From: a virus
IMG/VR virus record: IMGVR_UViG_3300008111_001005
Location: 3,213-67,212 of that record
DNA length: 64,000 nt
Direction: 5' to 3' (one strand)
The position numbers were made by a program, and so were the translations under genes. The notes beneath the pieces were generated by a model that was given only the letters and a program-made list of their open reading frames with translations, was not told the DNA's origin and made no database searches. Within the stretch, counting starts at the first letter, position 1. Each line of letters opens with the position of its first letter. This document shows, one piece after another, positions 29,246 through 39,126 of this stretch.

Positions 29246-32134
29246 ATGTCTAATAAAAAGAATAAAAATTGGATTAAAGGTGCTATTAAGAGACCTGGGG
29301 CTTTAACTAAAAAGGCTAATAATGCTGGGATGTCTGTGCCTGCGTTCACAAATAAAGTTACCTCTAACCCTGATAAGTACGATCTCAGAACAGTTAGGCA
29401 AGCTAACCTTGCTAAGACTCTTAGAAAGTTTCAACCTGGGGGTGATAGAGCTCTTCCTAATGGAGCTATGACTTCCACATTGTCTTCTCCAGGTTTAGGA
29501 GCATTTGAAGCTCAGCAGCAAAGAGCATTTGAAATGCAGGAGTATGCTAAGCAATTAGCTGAGGAACAGAAAGCTAAAGAAAAAGCAGCAGAAGAGGCTA
29601 AGAAAGAACAACTTCAAGCTACTGCGGCGCAAGCTGGGAGTAAAGAAACATTTGATTTAGCTCAAAAGGGAATTGAAGCTTTTAGAGCTGGAAGAGCGGC
29701 TAAGAAAGCTGGGGACGTAGCTAAGACAGCTACAACTGCTGGTAAAGTAGCCAATACAGGAGTATATAATCCTGTAGGATTAGGTTTAAATTTAGCTGGG
29801 AGTGCAGTGCAAGCAGCTAGTGATGACAATGATCCAACAAAATATAATGCTGGAGAGACTACTGGGACTCTGATGAAGGGTGCTGGGACAGGTCTTGGGA
29901 TGGCTGGAACACTGACAGCATTAGCTCCTGCTCTTGCTATTCCTGGTATTGGATGGGCAGCAGCAGGTGTTGGAGCTTTGACAGCTGGGGCTATTGCTTT
30001 ACATAGAAGAAATAAAGCAAGAAAAGAACAAGCTGAATTAGATTCTAAAAAAGCTGAAGATAAGAATAGGTTGAATACTGCATTCTCCGATTCTTGGAAT
30101 CAAGCATTTACAAAATCTGGGATGGACATGGGATACAATGTTGGGAGTTCTGCAACTAACTCTTATCTCCCCGGGCAACAACAAATGATGCAGACTGGGG
30201 GAGTAAATACTAGAAGTTTGCTTAGCAGTTTAAATCAAGTAGATATATCAAAACCTATCGATCCTGCAAATCTTGCAATGGCTCTTGAAAAGAGACCATC
30301 TCCCAGTGCGTTGAGTAGTTATGCATACGGTGCATATAGTGGTCCTGCTATAAAAAGTGCAAGTAATCTGTCTACAAACCCCTATGTGCTAACTGGTTAT
30401 CAAAATGCATTACAGCAAGTTAGAGGATATCAGACTGGGGGTAAAGTACCGGGTGGAGAAATTAAACCATTACAAGGAGGAGCAGTAGAGTTTGTTGGGA
30501 GAACTCATAAGGAGGGTGGGATTATGATTGATCCTAGTACAGAAGTAGAGGATGGAGAGACTATGGATAAAGTCAACATGGTTGATAAGCAAGGAGATTA
30601 CATATTCTCTAACTACTTAAAGCTTGGGGGTAAAACTTTTGCTCAAAGACATAAAGAGATTCTGAATAGAAAAGGTTCTCAATCTGAGATACAGAATCTT
30701 GCTAAAATGCAAGAGACAGTAGCAGCTAAAGATGGGGAGGCAGGTCGTACTCCTAAGAAGATAATGCAGACTGCGGGTGAGCGTAATCCAAATGAATCTT
30801 ACTTCCAAAATTACAATTACGCTATTCAACCTAGAACTACTGGGAAAATCCCAATGGAGGGAGATATTGATAGGAGTAACTGGCAAGCTACGTTAAATAC
30901 TCCTTGGGCTCAAAATTTAGGTTTAGATCCTAATATGACTCAAGAGCAGTTAATGCAATACTACAATGAAGAGTATACTCCTATGGTACAAAATATGGCT
31001 AAGGAGAATCCTGATGAATTTATAGCAAGAGCTAAAGAATTTGCTTTTAGTAATGATCCCAACGCAAAATATATTAGAAAGCAGTTTAATGATGATGGAT
31101 CACTAAAAGAGGGTGGATTAGATAAATTAGTTGGGTTAGCTACTGATACTCAGGTTGGGCCCTATCACGCAATATTTGCTCCAAAAAAAGAAGTACCCAA
31201 ACCCGAAACTCCACCTACTCCTCCGCAAGAGACACCTGAGCCAGAAAAACCTCAGAGCAAAACACCTCCGGAAAAAGAAATTCCAAATATGATACCCCCT
31301 AAGGATCTTCCAATGCTTCCTTTAGGTTGGGCACAATTAGCAGGACCTGCATTTGCACTGAAGAATAAGTATCCTGAAGCACAGATGGCTTACACTAGCC
31401 CTGTTGGACGTATTAATCTTCCGAGAGTAAACTACAATGCTCAACGTGCAGCTAATGCAAACGCAACAACCGCAATGCAGAGAAGTATTGAGAACTCATC
31501 TTCTGGACCTGCAGGTATGGCTAGCAGATTAGCTGCTCTTAATACAGCTAGAGAGGCTGATCTTGAGATTGCAAATGCAGAATCACAAGTCAACAAAGCG
31601 TTGATGGCTGAAGAAGCTTCTGAGAACTTAAAGGCAGATATGGCTAATGCACAGATTGGGGCTGATATGTCTCAGTTTAATGCGCAGATGAGGTATCAGT
31701 CTGACATGAATAAATATGATACTAGACATGCTGCAGTTTCCCAAATTGGGAACATTCTTACAGAGATTGGGAAAGGATATAGACAGAACCTTGCAGATGA
31801 AAGAGTTGCTAGAGCTACACAGCTGAATGGGGAATATGATAGAGAAAGAATGAAATCTGCAGCTAGACTTAGAAACTCTACTGTAAATGTGGGAGGTAAA
31901 GAAGTAAAGTTTAGGAACTTATCTCCACAACAACAGAATGAAGCAGCAGCTGCCATGTATATGGGTGCTAATGATCCTACTAAAGTGCAATCTTTCTTAG
32001 AAGAAGATAAGAAGATGAGAGCGCAAGCTATGGCTCCTAAAGAAGAAGAAACAACTGAAGCTAAGAAGAGAGGAGGAAGGAGATATACTAGTAAATTTGG
32101 GAAAATAAATAAGAGAACAAGAAAAGCTAAGTAA
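29246..32134 (+). CDS. Ejected cargo protein 1 with transmembrane segment
   Basis: Likely start MSNKKNKNWIKGAIKRPGAL. Hydrophobic LTALAPALAIPGIGWAAAGVGALTAGAIAL, FQPGG/MQTGG/YQTGG/KKRGG motifs, GRTHKEGGI domain, Cys-free. Confidence 0.65.
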   Translation: MSNKKNKNWIKGAIKRPGALTKKANNAGMSVPAFTNKVTSNPDKYDLRTVRQANLAKTLRKFQPGGDRALPNGAMTSTLSSPGLGAFEAQQQRAFEMQEYAKQLAEEQKAKEKAAEEAKKEQLQATAAQAGSKETFDLAQKGIEAFRAGRAAKKAGDVAKTATTAGKVANTGVYNPVGLGLNLAGSAVQAASDDNDPTKYNAGETTGTLMKGAGTGLGMAGTLTALAPALAIPGIGWAAAGVGALTAGAIALHRRNKARKEQAELDSKKAEDKNRLNTAFSDSWNQAFTKSGMDMGYNVGSSATNSYLPGQQQMMQTGGVNTRSLLSSLNQVDISKPIDPANLAMALEKRPSPSALSSYAYGAYSGPAIKSASNLSTNPYVLTGYQNALQQVRGYQTGGKVPGGEIKPLQGGAVEFVGRTHKEGGIMIDPSTEVEDGETMDKVNMVDKQGDYIFSNYLKLGGKTFAQRHKEILNRKGSQSEIQNLAKMQETVAAKDGEAGRTPKKIMQTAGERNPNESYFQNYNYAIQPRTTGKIPMEGDIDRSNWQATLNTPWAQNLGLDPNMTQEQLMQYYNEEYTPMVQNMAKENPDEFIARAKEFAFSNDPNAKYIRKQFNDDGSLKEGGLDKLVGLATDTQVGPYHAIFAPKKEVPKPETPPTPPQETPEPEKPQSKTPPEKEIPNMIPPKDLPMLPLGWAQLAGPAFALKNKYPEAQMAYTSPVGRINLPRVNYNAQRAANANATTAMQRSIENSSSGPAGMASRLAALNTAREADLEIANAESQVNKALMAEEASENLKADMANAQIGADMSQFNAQMRYQSDMNKYDTRHAAVSQIGNILTEIGKGYRQNLADERVARATQLNGEYDRERMKSAARLRNSTVNVGGKEVKFRNLSPQQQNEAAAAMYMGANDPTKVQSFLEEDKKMRAQAMAPKEEETTEAKKRGGRRYTSKFGKINKRTRKAK

Positions 32135-34641
32135 TGCCTATTCAATATTCAAACCCTATAAACCCATATGTAAATAGAGGATCTGTAGAGGTAGCTAAGT
32201 TATTAAGTAGCAAGTTTGCTAATAACTTTCAGTTTGCTGATCAGCTACAAGATTCTTTAGCTAATTTACAAGTAGCTGATTTTGAGGGAGATCTAGCTGC
32301 TAAGATGCAGCTTGAACAGAGAACTCGTCAAGAATTAGAGGGATTCTCAGCGAGAGGGGACTATGAAAATCTCATGGTCCCCATTACTCGTTCTGCACAA
32401 CAGTTTGCAAAAGATTACACTCCGTTAGCGCAAAACTATAAACTCTATGAAGAAGCTAAGAAGATAGAGCAAGAAAGAGTTATGCGTGGAGATGTCACTC
32501 AAGACCAGTATGAAAACTGGATGAGAAGATCTAAGTATATCAATGACCCAACTACTGGGGACTTAGGGACATATAGAGGTGTAAAGTTTAATGCAGATGG
32601 GAGTGTAGACAATTCATCTTATTTTGCTCATATCCCTATTGCAAGAGCTGTCAATGTTGATGAGGAAATCCTCAAAGCAATTAATACTCTTGACCCAGAG
32701 AAAAGAGGAGGAAGATCTGCAACAAACTTTGTTCAAGGACAGGATGGGATACGTTATGTAGTTGATAGTGAGGGAGAAATTATTGAACAAGTAACTCCAG
32801 ATAGAGTAGCAGCAGTAACTAGACAAGTTCTTGATAGATCTGATGTACGATCCTATCTTGAGCAAGAAGCTGATTTTGGGACATTTGAATCTACTCCTGA
32901 GGAATTGCAGATGATTTTGTCTCAGCGCCTTGAGACTATTTCCGGGAAACCATCACATACTCAACATGCTCAAGAACTTAGAACTGTATTGCAGTCTGGG
33001 AATGCTGGGCAGATGAGGCAGATGGCTAAGAAGGTTCTGCAAGATCAAGATGCAGAGCGTTATATGGATATGGCTATTAGAGCTGGAGCTACAACTAGCA
33101 GATATGGAGGTGGATCTAGGCAAAGAATTGATTCTGATTATTACTCTTACTTGAAAGATACAACTCCCGATCCTGTAGAGCAAGCTATTGTTATTCCTGG
33201 ACAACCTCAGAATGTAACTCCTGCAGCTGCGGATCCACGTACTAGAGAGATTACTCCACAGAGTATAGAAAAGACTAGAGAGAATATTAAAAATGAGAGA
33301 GTAGCAGCAATAAGAACTATTGGGAATACTCATCCAAATCTTTTAGCCCCAATAAGAAACTTAAACTTCACAACCAGTGAGCAAGTTGGGGGTATGAGTG
33401 ATGCGGCTTTGCGACAGGCATTCCCACAAGCTAATAATCAGGAAATGCAAGCTCTTATGCAATTCAGGAATATTCACAGAAATATTGCCTCTAAAGAAAG
33501 AGCTATCAATGATTTTGAATCTGCTGCTAAGGAGGCTGCGGGATACACTCCTAAAAGTGCTGTAAACAGAACAATTATAGATGCTGCAACAGAACGTGGA
33601 GTACAAGCAGAGCAACTGGGAGGAAGTATTATTGCAGATATTAGAAGTGGGAAAGGAGTTAATCAAGAGCAAGCTATTAGAATATTTGCTGAGAACTTCT
33701 TAAATGAAGCTGAGAATAGTCGCACTGGATTTAGAGGTGTAGTTGCCCAAGCAGTTGGAGGTATGGGACAATACTTAACAGGTGATATGGTTAATCCTGC
33801 AGAAGCAACAAAGTATCTTAAAACCATCTTAGTAGATACATTTGGATTAGATGAAGCAGATGCTGGTAAAGTTTTAAAAGGACTTAAACCAGTTGATCAC
33901 GGATTGTCTGGAGTTGCTGAAGTACTAAACCCAAGCACAATTAGTGCTAATGAAAGGTCGGCTGCAGGTGCATATGCAGAACAACTGGAACAAGCATCTA
34001 AAGTTCAGTTAGGATTTGGGGCATCTACTCAAATGTTTGGAGATCCTACTGGGGGCAAAGCTTCTAAGAAATTGACAGAAGAAATACAATCATATCCAGC
34101 ATCTCAGTTTACTCACTTAACTGATAGATATACTGGAACTCCTATATCTCAATTAGTTTCTGGAGATTACTCAGTTTCAGATGTTAAGTTTACACATGTG
34201 GTTATGTCTGATAACACAGTGTCTACCAATGCATTACAGTTAACATTTAAACCTGGAAGTGGGTCTGATGGGGAAAATGTAACAGTCGCTGTCCCATATG
34301 CAGAAGCAGTTCAAAGCTTTAATGTTGGGGGAAGAGATGTATATTCTGCAACTAATATGGGAGTTGTACAGAAGACACTGGACGCAGCATTGTCTTATAA
34401 GATAAATAATCCTTTAGCAAGAAGTGCTAGAATTGTAGAGAACTTTGCAACAGGAACATTGGTATCTGAATTTATATTCAATGAATCTGGAGTGGGGGGA
34501 GGTGTTAAAGCAATGGATATTATTGGGGTAAATTCTCAATTCACAAATACTGCAGGAAATAGATATAATGTAGATAATGCTAAGTTAGAATCTTGGGCTG
34601 ACTTCTACATTGACGCAAGCCTTCAAGGAATATTCCAATAA
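32134..34641 (+). CDS. Ejected cargo protein 2
   Basis: 835 aa, helical, Cys-free, TAATG-coupled, between cargo 1 and the giant proteins. Confidence 0.55.
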   Translation: MPIQYSNPINPYVNRGSVEVAKLLSSKFANNFQFADQLQDSLANLQVADFEGDLAAKMQLEQRTRQELEGFSARGDYENLMVPITRSAQQFAKDYTPLAQNYKLYEEAKKIEQERVMRGDVTQDQYENWMRRSKYINDPTTGDLGTYRGVKFNADGSVDNSSYFAHIPIARAVNVDEEILKAINTLDPEKRGGRSATNFVQGQDGIRYVVDSEGEIIEQVTPDRVAAVTRQVLDRSDVRSYLEQEADFGTFESTPEELQMILSQRLETISGKPSHTQHAQELRTVLQSGNAGQMRQMAKKVLQDQDAERYMDMAIRAGATTSRYGGGSRQRIDSDYYSYLKDTTPDPVEQAIVIPGQPQNVTPAAADPRTREITPQSIEKTRENIKNERVAAIRTIGNTHPNLLAPIRNLNFTTSEQVGGMSDAALRQAFPQANNQEMQALMQFRNIHRNIASKERAINDFESAAKEAAGYTPKSAVNRTIIDAATERGVQAEQLGGSIIADIRSGKGVNQEQAIRIFAENFLNEAENSRTGFRGVVAQAVGGMGQYLTGDMVNPAEATKYLKTILVDTFGLDEADAGKVLKGLKPVDHGLSGVAEVLNPSTISANERSAAGAYAEQLEQASKVQLGFGASTQMFGDPTGGKASKKLTEEIQSYPASQFTHLTDRYTGTPISQLVSGDYSVSDVKFTHVVMSDNTVSTNALQLTFKPGSGSDGENVTVAVPYAEAVQSFNVGGRDVYSATNMGVVQKTLDAALSYKINNPLARSARIVENFATGTLVSEFIFNESGVGGGVKAMDIIGVNSQFTNTAGNRYNVDNAKLESWADFYIDASLQGIFQ

Positions 34642-34653
34642 AATATAAATAGT

Positions 34654-37600
34654 ATGGGCGAACTTAATCCTTTAACAGGCTTACCTAAAGTAAATCCTAA
34701 TCAAGTAAATCCTCTTACTGGATTACCTATGTCTCCTTCCCGGAGACCTGGGTATCTATCTCCATTTTCTTATGGGACATATGGTTCTCCCACAGACTAT
34801 GAGAGCTTTGAGAGTAGAGGCATTCAGGTAAGACCTGGCTCTGACATCGAAGAACTTAGAGCTCTTAGGCAGAGCACTATGGATCAATGGGCTAATGGAT
34901 TAGGAAAAGCTGGGGTTACATTTGGAACGTCCATTGTAGACAATACTGCAGGATTCTTATATGGATTAGGAGAATATGCTGCAGGGGGATTTGATGACTT
35001 TGCGGATTCTATGACAGAAAATCCTATTTCACAATTTACTAGATCTGTAAAAGAGTCAACTGCTGAAGCACTTCCTAACTATTATACTAGAGAACAACAA
35101 CAGACTACAGATTTACTTAGTGCAAATTTCTGGGCAGATAAATTCTTAGGGGGTGTTGCTTATACTGCAGGTGCTATGGGAACCGCATGGCTTACTGGGG
35201 GTGCTGGATTAATATCCTCAGGAGCCAGACTGGGTGTAAATGCTGCCGCTGCGGGACTTAAAGCTACTAAAGCTGCTGCAGCCTACACAGCTGGGAAAAC
35301 AATAGCATCTAATATTGCTAAGAGAGCAGGAAAAGTTGGGGAAGCAGCACAAATAGCAGGTCAAAGACTTCCTAAAGGGTTGTCTATGTTAGAGTCTGGG
35401 ACTGCAATGTCTATGGCTGAGGCTTCTATTGAAGCAGCAGAAGTTAGAGACATGAAAGTACGTCAGGGAAAAGAGAGATATATGGAAGAAAATGGGTTGA
35501 CGGATGAGTCTCAAATTCCTCTTAACGTATTACAAACCATAGAGATACAAGCACAGCAAGCTGAAGGTGCTGCATTTTATGGGAACCTTGCAGTTCTCAT
35601 CCCTACGAATCTTATTTCGTTTGGGAAGATGCTTAGACCTATGAATCCTCACAAGCTTAATTTAAATTCTAGAGTTATCTCTGGGACAGATGATGCTGGG
35701 AGATTTGTAGCAAAAGATGCTTATGCAGAGATGGGGAAGTTCGGGAGAACAGCTGCTAGAACAAGAGATTTTGTAGCCCCATATGTGAAAGGAGCAGCTA
35801 CTGAATCATTCCAAGAAGGAGCACAATCTGCAATACAAAGAGGTCTTGAAGAGTTTGAGTCGGATCGTTATTATGACTCTGGGAGTGCAGAACTCTTTGA
35901 AGTTCTTATGAAGGGAGGTTCTATGAGAACCCTCAAGGAATCTTTAGGAGATATCGGGGATGCAGCTCTTTCATCTTTTCAAGATAAAGACGCTAGAGAA
36001 TCTATGCTTATTGGGGCTATGATTGGTTTGATTACCCAAGGTAAAGCTGGGTTTACAGCAATGAAAGACTCCGATCAAAGAACAAAAGAATCTTTAGATC
36101 TTCTTAATAACCCTAATTTCTACAACCTTAAAGAACGTGCTGGGACTACAAATGCAGCTATAAGATATTCTAATCTTATGGAGCAAGCTCAGGAGAGAGG
36201 AGATATGAAAGCTTATTATGATTATCAGATGCTTCTATTCCAAGAAGAAGCTCTGCATCATGTTAAGAATGGGACATTTGATGTCTTTGTAAAAAAGCTT
36301 GAGGATGCATCGAAGATGACTCAAGAAGAGCTTGAAGAAACTGGGATGGCTTCAGGTGCTGCTTCTTCCTCAGCTTTAAACCCAGCTGCAGAATTAGTTA
36401 ATCGCACAAAGGGTTTTATCAAGACTGTAGAGAAAGTAAATAATATGTTCCCTGGGACTCAGATGCCCATTGGAGCACAAGCATTATTTATGTCTAAGGC
36501 TCGTAAAGAAGAATTAGCTCAACAGATAAAAGACGAGAATATATACAAGTCTGCTTTGATTAGAACAGCAGCAATGAAGGATGGATTAGATTCTCGTATC
36601 TCCCAAGCTCTTACGGAATTAAAAGATCTAGCCCCAAATTTAGATACAACTAAGATATCTGAATCTAGAACTAAACAGTTTGCAAAGGTTATGGGAGAGG
36701 GAAAGAATGAAACATTAGTAGCCCCAGATAAAAATGAGGAAATTGATGAAGAGATTAAAAAAACTTTTCAAACTATTGAGAATCCTATAGATCAGGCTTT
36801 ATTTACAGAGAAGGCTAACTATTTAATCTCTATGCTTAATGATAGGGATTATGTTTTATCTGCGCAAGATAATTTATTAAGATCTCCAGAAGAGAGGGAC
36901 TTATATATTCAGAGAGCAAAGATTCGTGAAGAGATTGAATTACAGAAAGCTAGAGATATGGTTGTTGATACAGCTATTTCTGAAACACTTACTGCAGATG
37001 AGTTAAAAGACAGATATTCAACTTTTGAAAATATCTCTGGGGAAGCTCAGACTAAGTATGATAGTGCGAATATAACCAGGACCGCAGAGGAGGGAAGAAT
37101 TATAAAGAAGTTCAATCAGATGAAAAAGTCTGAGATTGAAGCTTTGACTACAGAGAATGCAACTCCACTTGAACTAAAATTAAGAGAGAAGTATTTAGCT
37201 AGTAGAACTCAAGAAGAACCTGTAGCACCCAAAAGTCCTGAAGCTCCTGCCCCAAAAAGTCCTGAAGCTACATCTGCTCCCGAAACTGAGGAAGTTACTC
37301 CAGACTCAGAAGATTCTCTTGAGTCACTTATGGAGAGGCAGAAAGATGTACTTCAAGAACAGGAACAAAATAAACCCAAAGCTCCTGCCCCAGCATCTAC
37401 TGTTAGAGATAACTCCAATGAGATAGTTACAAGAACTACTCAGAATGTTCCTGAAGGAGCAGCTTCAAAAGGACAGTTCTTATTAGATGCTAATGGGAAA
37501 GTAATAGTTAATGCTAATGGGGATCCATTGTACAGTGACTTTAATGAGAAAAGAACTGTAAATGGAGTTCCAATCCTTGATCAATCTTACTTAGCTAGTA

Positions 37601-39126
37601 TTGACGTAACTGTTGGGAAAGAAGTTACTCTGGAAGTAATTGAAGATGATTGGTGGTTATCTAATAAAGTTAACTTCCAAGATTCTCAATTAGAGAATAT
37701 TCCTATCTATGTTAAAGTAGATGATAAGTATGTAGGTGTATTAAATACCGGGAGAAGCTCATTAAGAGCAACTGTATATAGAGAGTACACTAAAGGGAAT
37801 AATGGGAGCGTACAGTCTAGGATAACTGAGAAATACGCTAATAATATATTCAATGCTGTAGATGTTAATGGAGATACTGTTTTGTATAATCCAGTAGAAT
37901 CTATTGAAGAAGACTTTTACTTGGCTTATTTAGATGAAAATTCTAAGTGGGTACTTGGGAATGTCGAAGGTGTAAGAAAAGAGACATTAGAAACTATTAA
38001 TGCTCAAATTAACTCAGCAGTATCTGTTGGGGTTAATACTAAACTTACTCCTGGTCAAGTAGCTTTTGTACTTAAAGATCCAAACAATCAGTGGAGAACA
38101 GTTATTGGGAGTACAGCTAAATTAAGTCCAGAAGATATTCAAGTTGCTTTAGGTCATTTAAAGAAGAATGACTCTGTTAAGTTCACAACATTAGTAGGGA
38201 CGAATATTCTTCCAGGACCTGGGGGAATACGTTTATACTATGGAGATAAAACAGATAACAACATCCTAATAGATTTAATAGATGAAAATGGGAATAGGCT
38301 ATTAGGAGATTTACTTGGGGATAACCTTATCTCTATAGATATGGGTACGGTTAAATCTATTCTGAATGGGAAATTTAAAGGAGTAGAATCTATCCCACAA
38401 ACTCTTAAGAATTCTTTAGTTGCAGAATATGGAGTTGTAGAAGTAACTGCAAAGGGTACAGAAGTTTATGGAGTAATCACTAAAGAAAATAATTTATCCC
38501 CAGAACAAGTAGAGTTTATTTATACTAACTTAGAATCGTTATTAACTAATCTCTTAACTCAAAAGAGATACAATATATCTGGGGCATTTATAAATAACAG
38601 TAAACCATTTACTGGAGGTGCAACATACCTTGAATGGTTAACTAACCCAAGATCTGAGGATGGAAGTTATAACGGAAGACTGCGTACAGATGTCAAATCT
38701 GTTAATGGGACTGTCTTCTTTGATATGGGATTAAGAATTAGTGATAAGACATCTATGGGCCAAGTCCCTACTCCTAAAGTAACTGTAGAAGCTCCTGTTG
38801 TTGTAGAAGAAGTTGCAGCACCAGTAGCAACTCCTGCACCTGTAGTAGAAGAAGCTCCTGCAGAATTAGAAGGAGATGGTCCTAAGGTTGTAAAGAGTAG
38901 AAAAGCTAGTAAAGCTGGTAAACCTGAAAAAGAAACTCCTGTTAAACCTGCTGAGGAAAAGGCTGCAAGAGATAAAAAATATATGGATGATTTGGATAGA
39001 AATTATGCTGCGGCTCAGAAAATGGAAATAGAATTAAATGACTTTATTGAAACTATGACCTCTCCGTTTCCGACTGATATTGTAGATTTGTGGATTAAAG
39101 AACAACAAGATAAAAATTGCAAATGA
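34654..39126 (+). CDS. Giant ejected virion protein upstream of the RNA polymerase
   Basis: 1490 aa with N-terminal Gly/Ala hydrophobic helices and ESFQEGAQ motif. Its single Cys is the penultimate residue. Confidence 0.7.
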   Translation: MGELNPLTGLPKVNPNQVNPLTGLPMSPSRRPGYLSPFSYGTYGSPTDYESFESRGIQVRPGSDIEELRALRQSTMDQWANGLGKAGVTFGTSIVDNTAGFLYGLGEYAAGGFDDFADSMTENPISQFTRSVKESTAEALPNYYTREQQQTTDLLSANFWADKFLGGVAYTAGAMGTAWLTGGAGLISSGARLGVNAAAAGLKATKAAAAYTAGKTIASNIAKRAGKVGEAAQIAGQRLPKGLSMLESGTAMSMAEASIEAAEVRDMKVRQGKERYMEENGLTDESQIPLNVLQTIEIQAQQAEGAAFYGNLAVLIPTNLISFGKMLRPMNPHKLNLNSRVISGTDDAGRFVAKDAYAEMGKFGRTAARTRDFVAPYVKGAATESFQEGAQSAIQRGLEEFESDRYYDSGSAELFEVLMKGGSMRTLKESLGDIGDAALSSFQDKDARESMLIGAMIGLITQGKAGFTAMKDSDQRTKESLDLLNNPNFYNLKERAGTTNAAIRYSNLMEQAQERGDMKAYYDYQMLLFQEEALHHVKNGTFDVFVKKLEDASKMTQEELEETGMASGAASSSALNPAAELVNRTKGFIKTVEKVNNMFPGTQMPIGAQALFMSKARKEELAQQIKDENIYKSALIRTAAMKDGLDSRISQALTELKDLAPNLDTTKISESRTKQFAKVMGEGKNETLVAPDKNEEIDEEIKKTFQTIENPIDQALFTEKANYLISMLNDRDYVLSAQDNLLRSPEERDLYIQRAKIREEIELQKARDMVVDTAISETLTADELKDRYSTFENISGEAQTKYDSANITRTAEEGRIIKKFNQMKKSEIEALTTENATPLELKLREKYLASRTQEEPVAPKSPEAPAPKSPEATSAPETEEVTPDSEDSLESLMERQKDVLQEQEQNKPKAPAPASTVRDNSNEIVTRTTQNVPEGAASKGQFLLDANGKVIVNANGDPLYSDFNEKRTVNGVPILDQSYLASIDVTVGKEVTLEVIEDDWWLSNKVNFQDSQLENIPIYVKVDDKYVGVLNTGRSSLRATVYREYTKGNNGSVQSRITEKYANNIFNAVDVNGDTVLYNPVESIEEDFYLAYLDENSKWVLGNVEGVRKETLETINAQINSAVSVGVNTKLTPGQVAFVLKDPNNQWRTVIGSTAKLSPEDIQVALGHLKKNDSVKFTTLVGTNILPGPGGIRLYYGDKTDNNILIDLIDENGNRLLGDLLGDNLISIDMGTVKSILNGKFKGVESIPQTLKNSLVAEYGVVEVTAKGTEVYGVITKENNLSPEQVEFIYTNLESLLTNLLTQKRYNISGAFINNSKPFTGGATYLEWLTNPRSEDGSYNGRLRTDVKSVNGTVFFDMGLRISDKTSMGQVPTPKVTVEAPVVVEEVAAPVATPAPVVEEAPAELEGDGPKVVKSRKASKAGKPEKETPVKPAEEKAARDKKYMDDLDRNYAAAQKMEIELNDFIETMTSPFPTDIVDLWIKEQQDKNCK
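37225..37269 (+). repeat. Tandem duplication encoding APKSPEA x2 in a linker
   Basis: GCACCCAAAAGTCCTGAAGCT-CCT-GCCCCAAAAAGTCCTGAAGCT. Confidence 0.7.
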
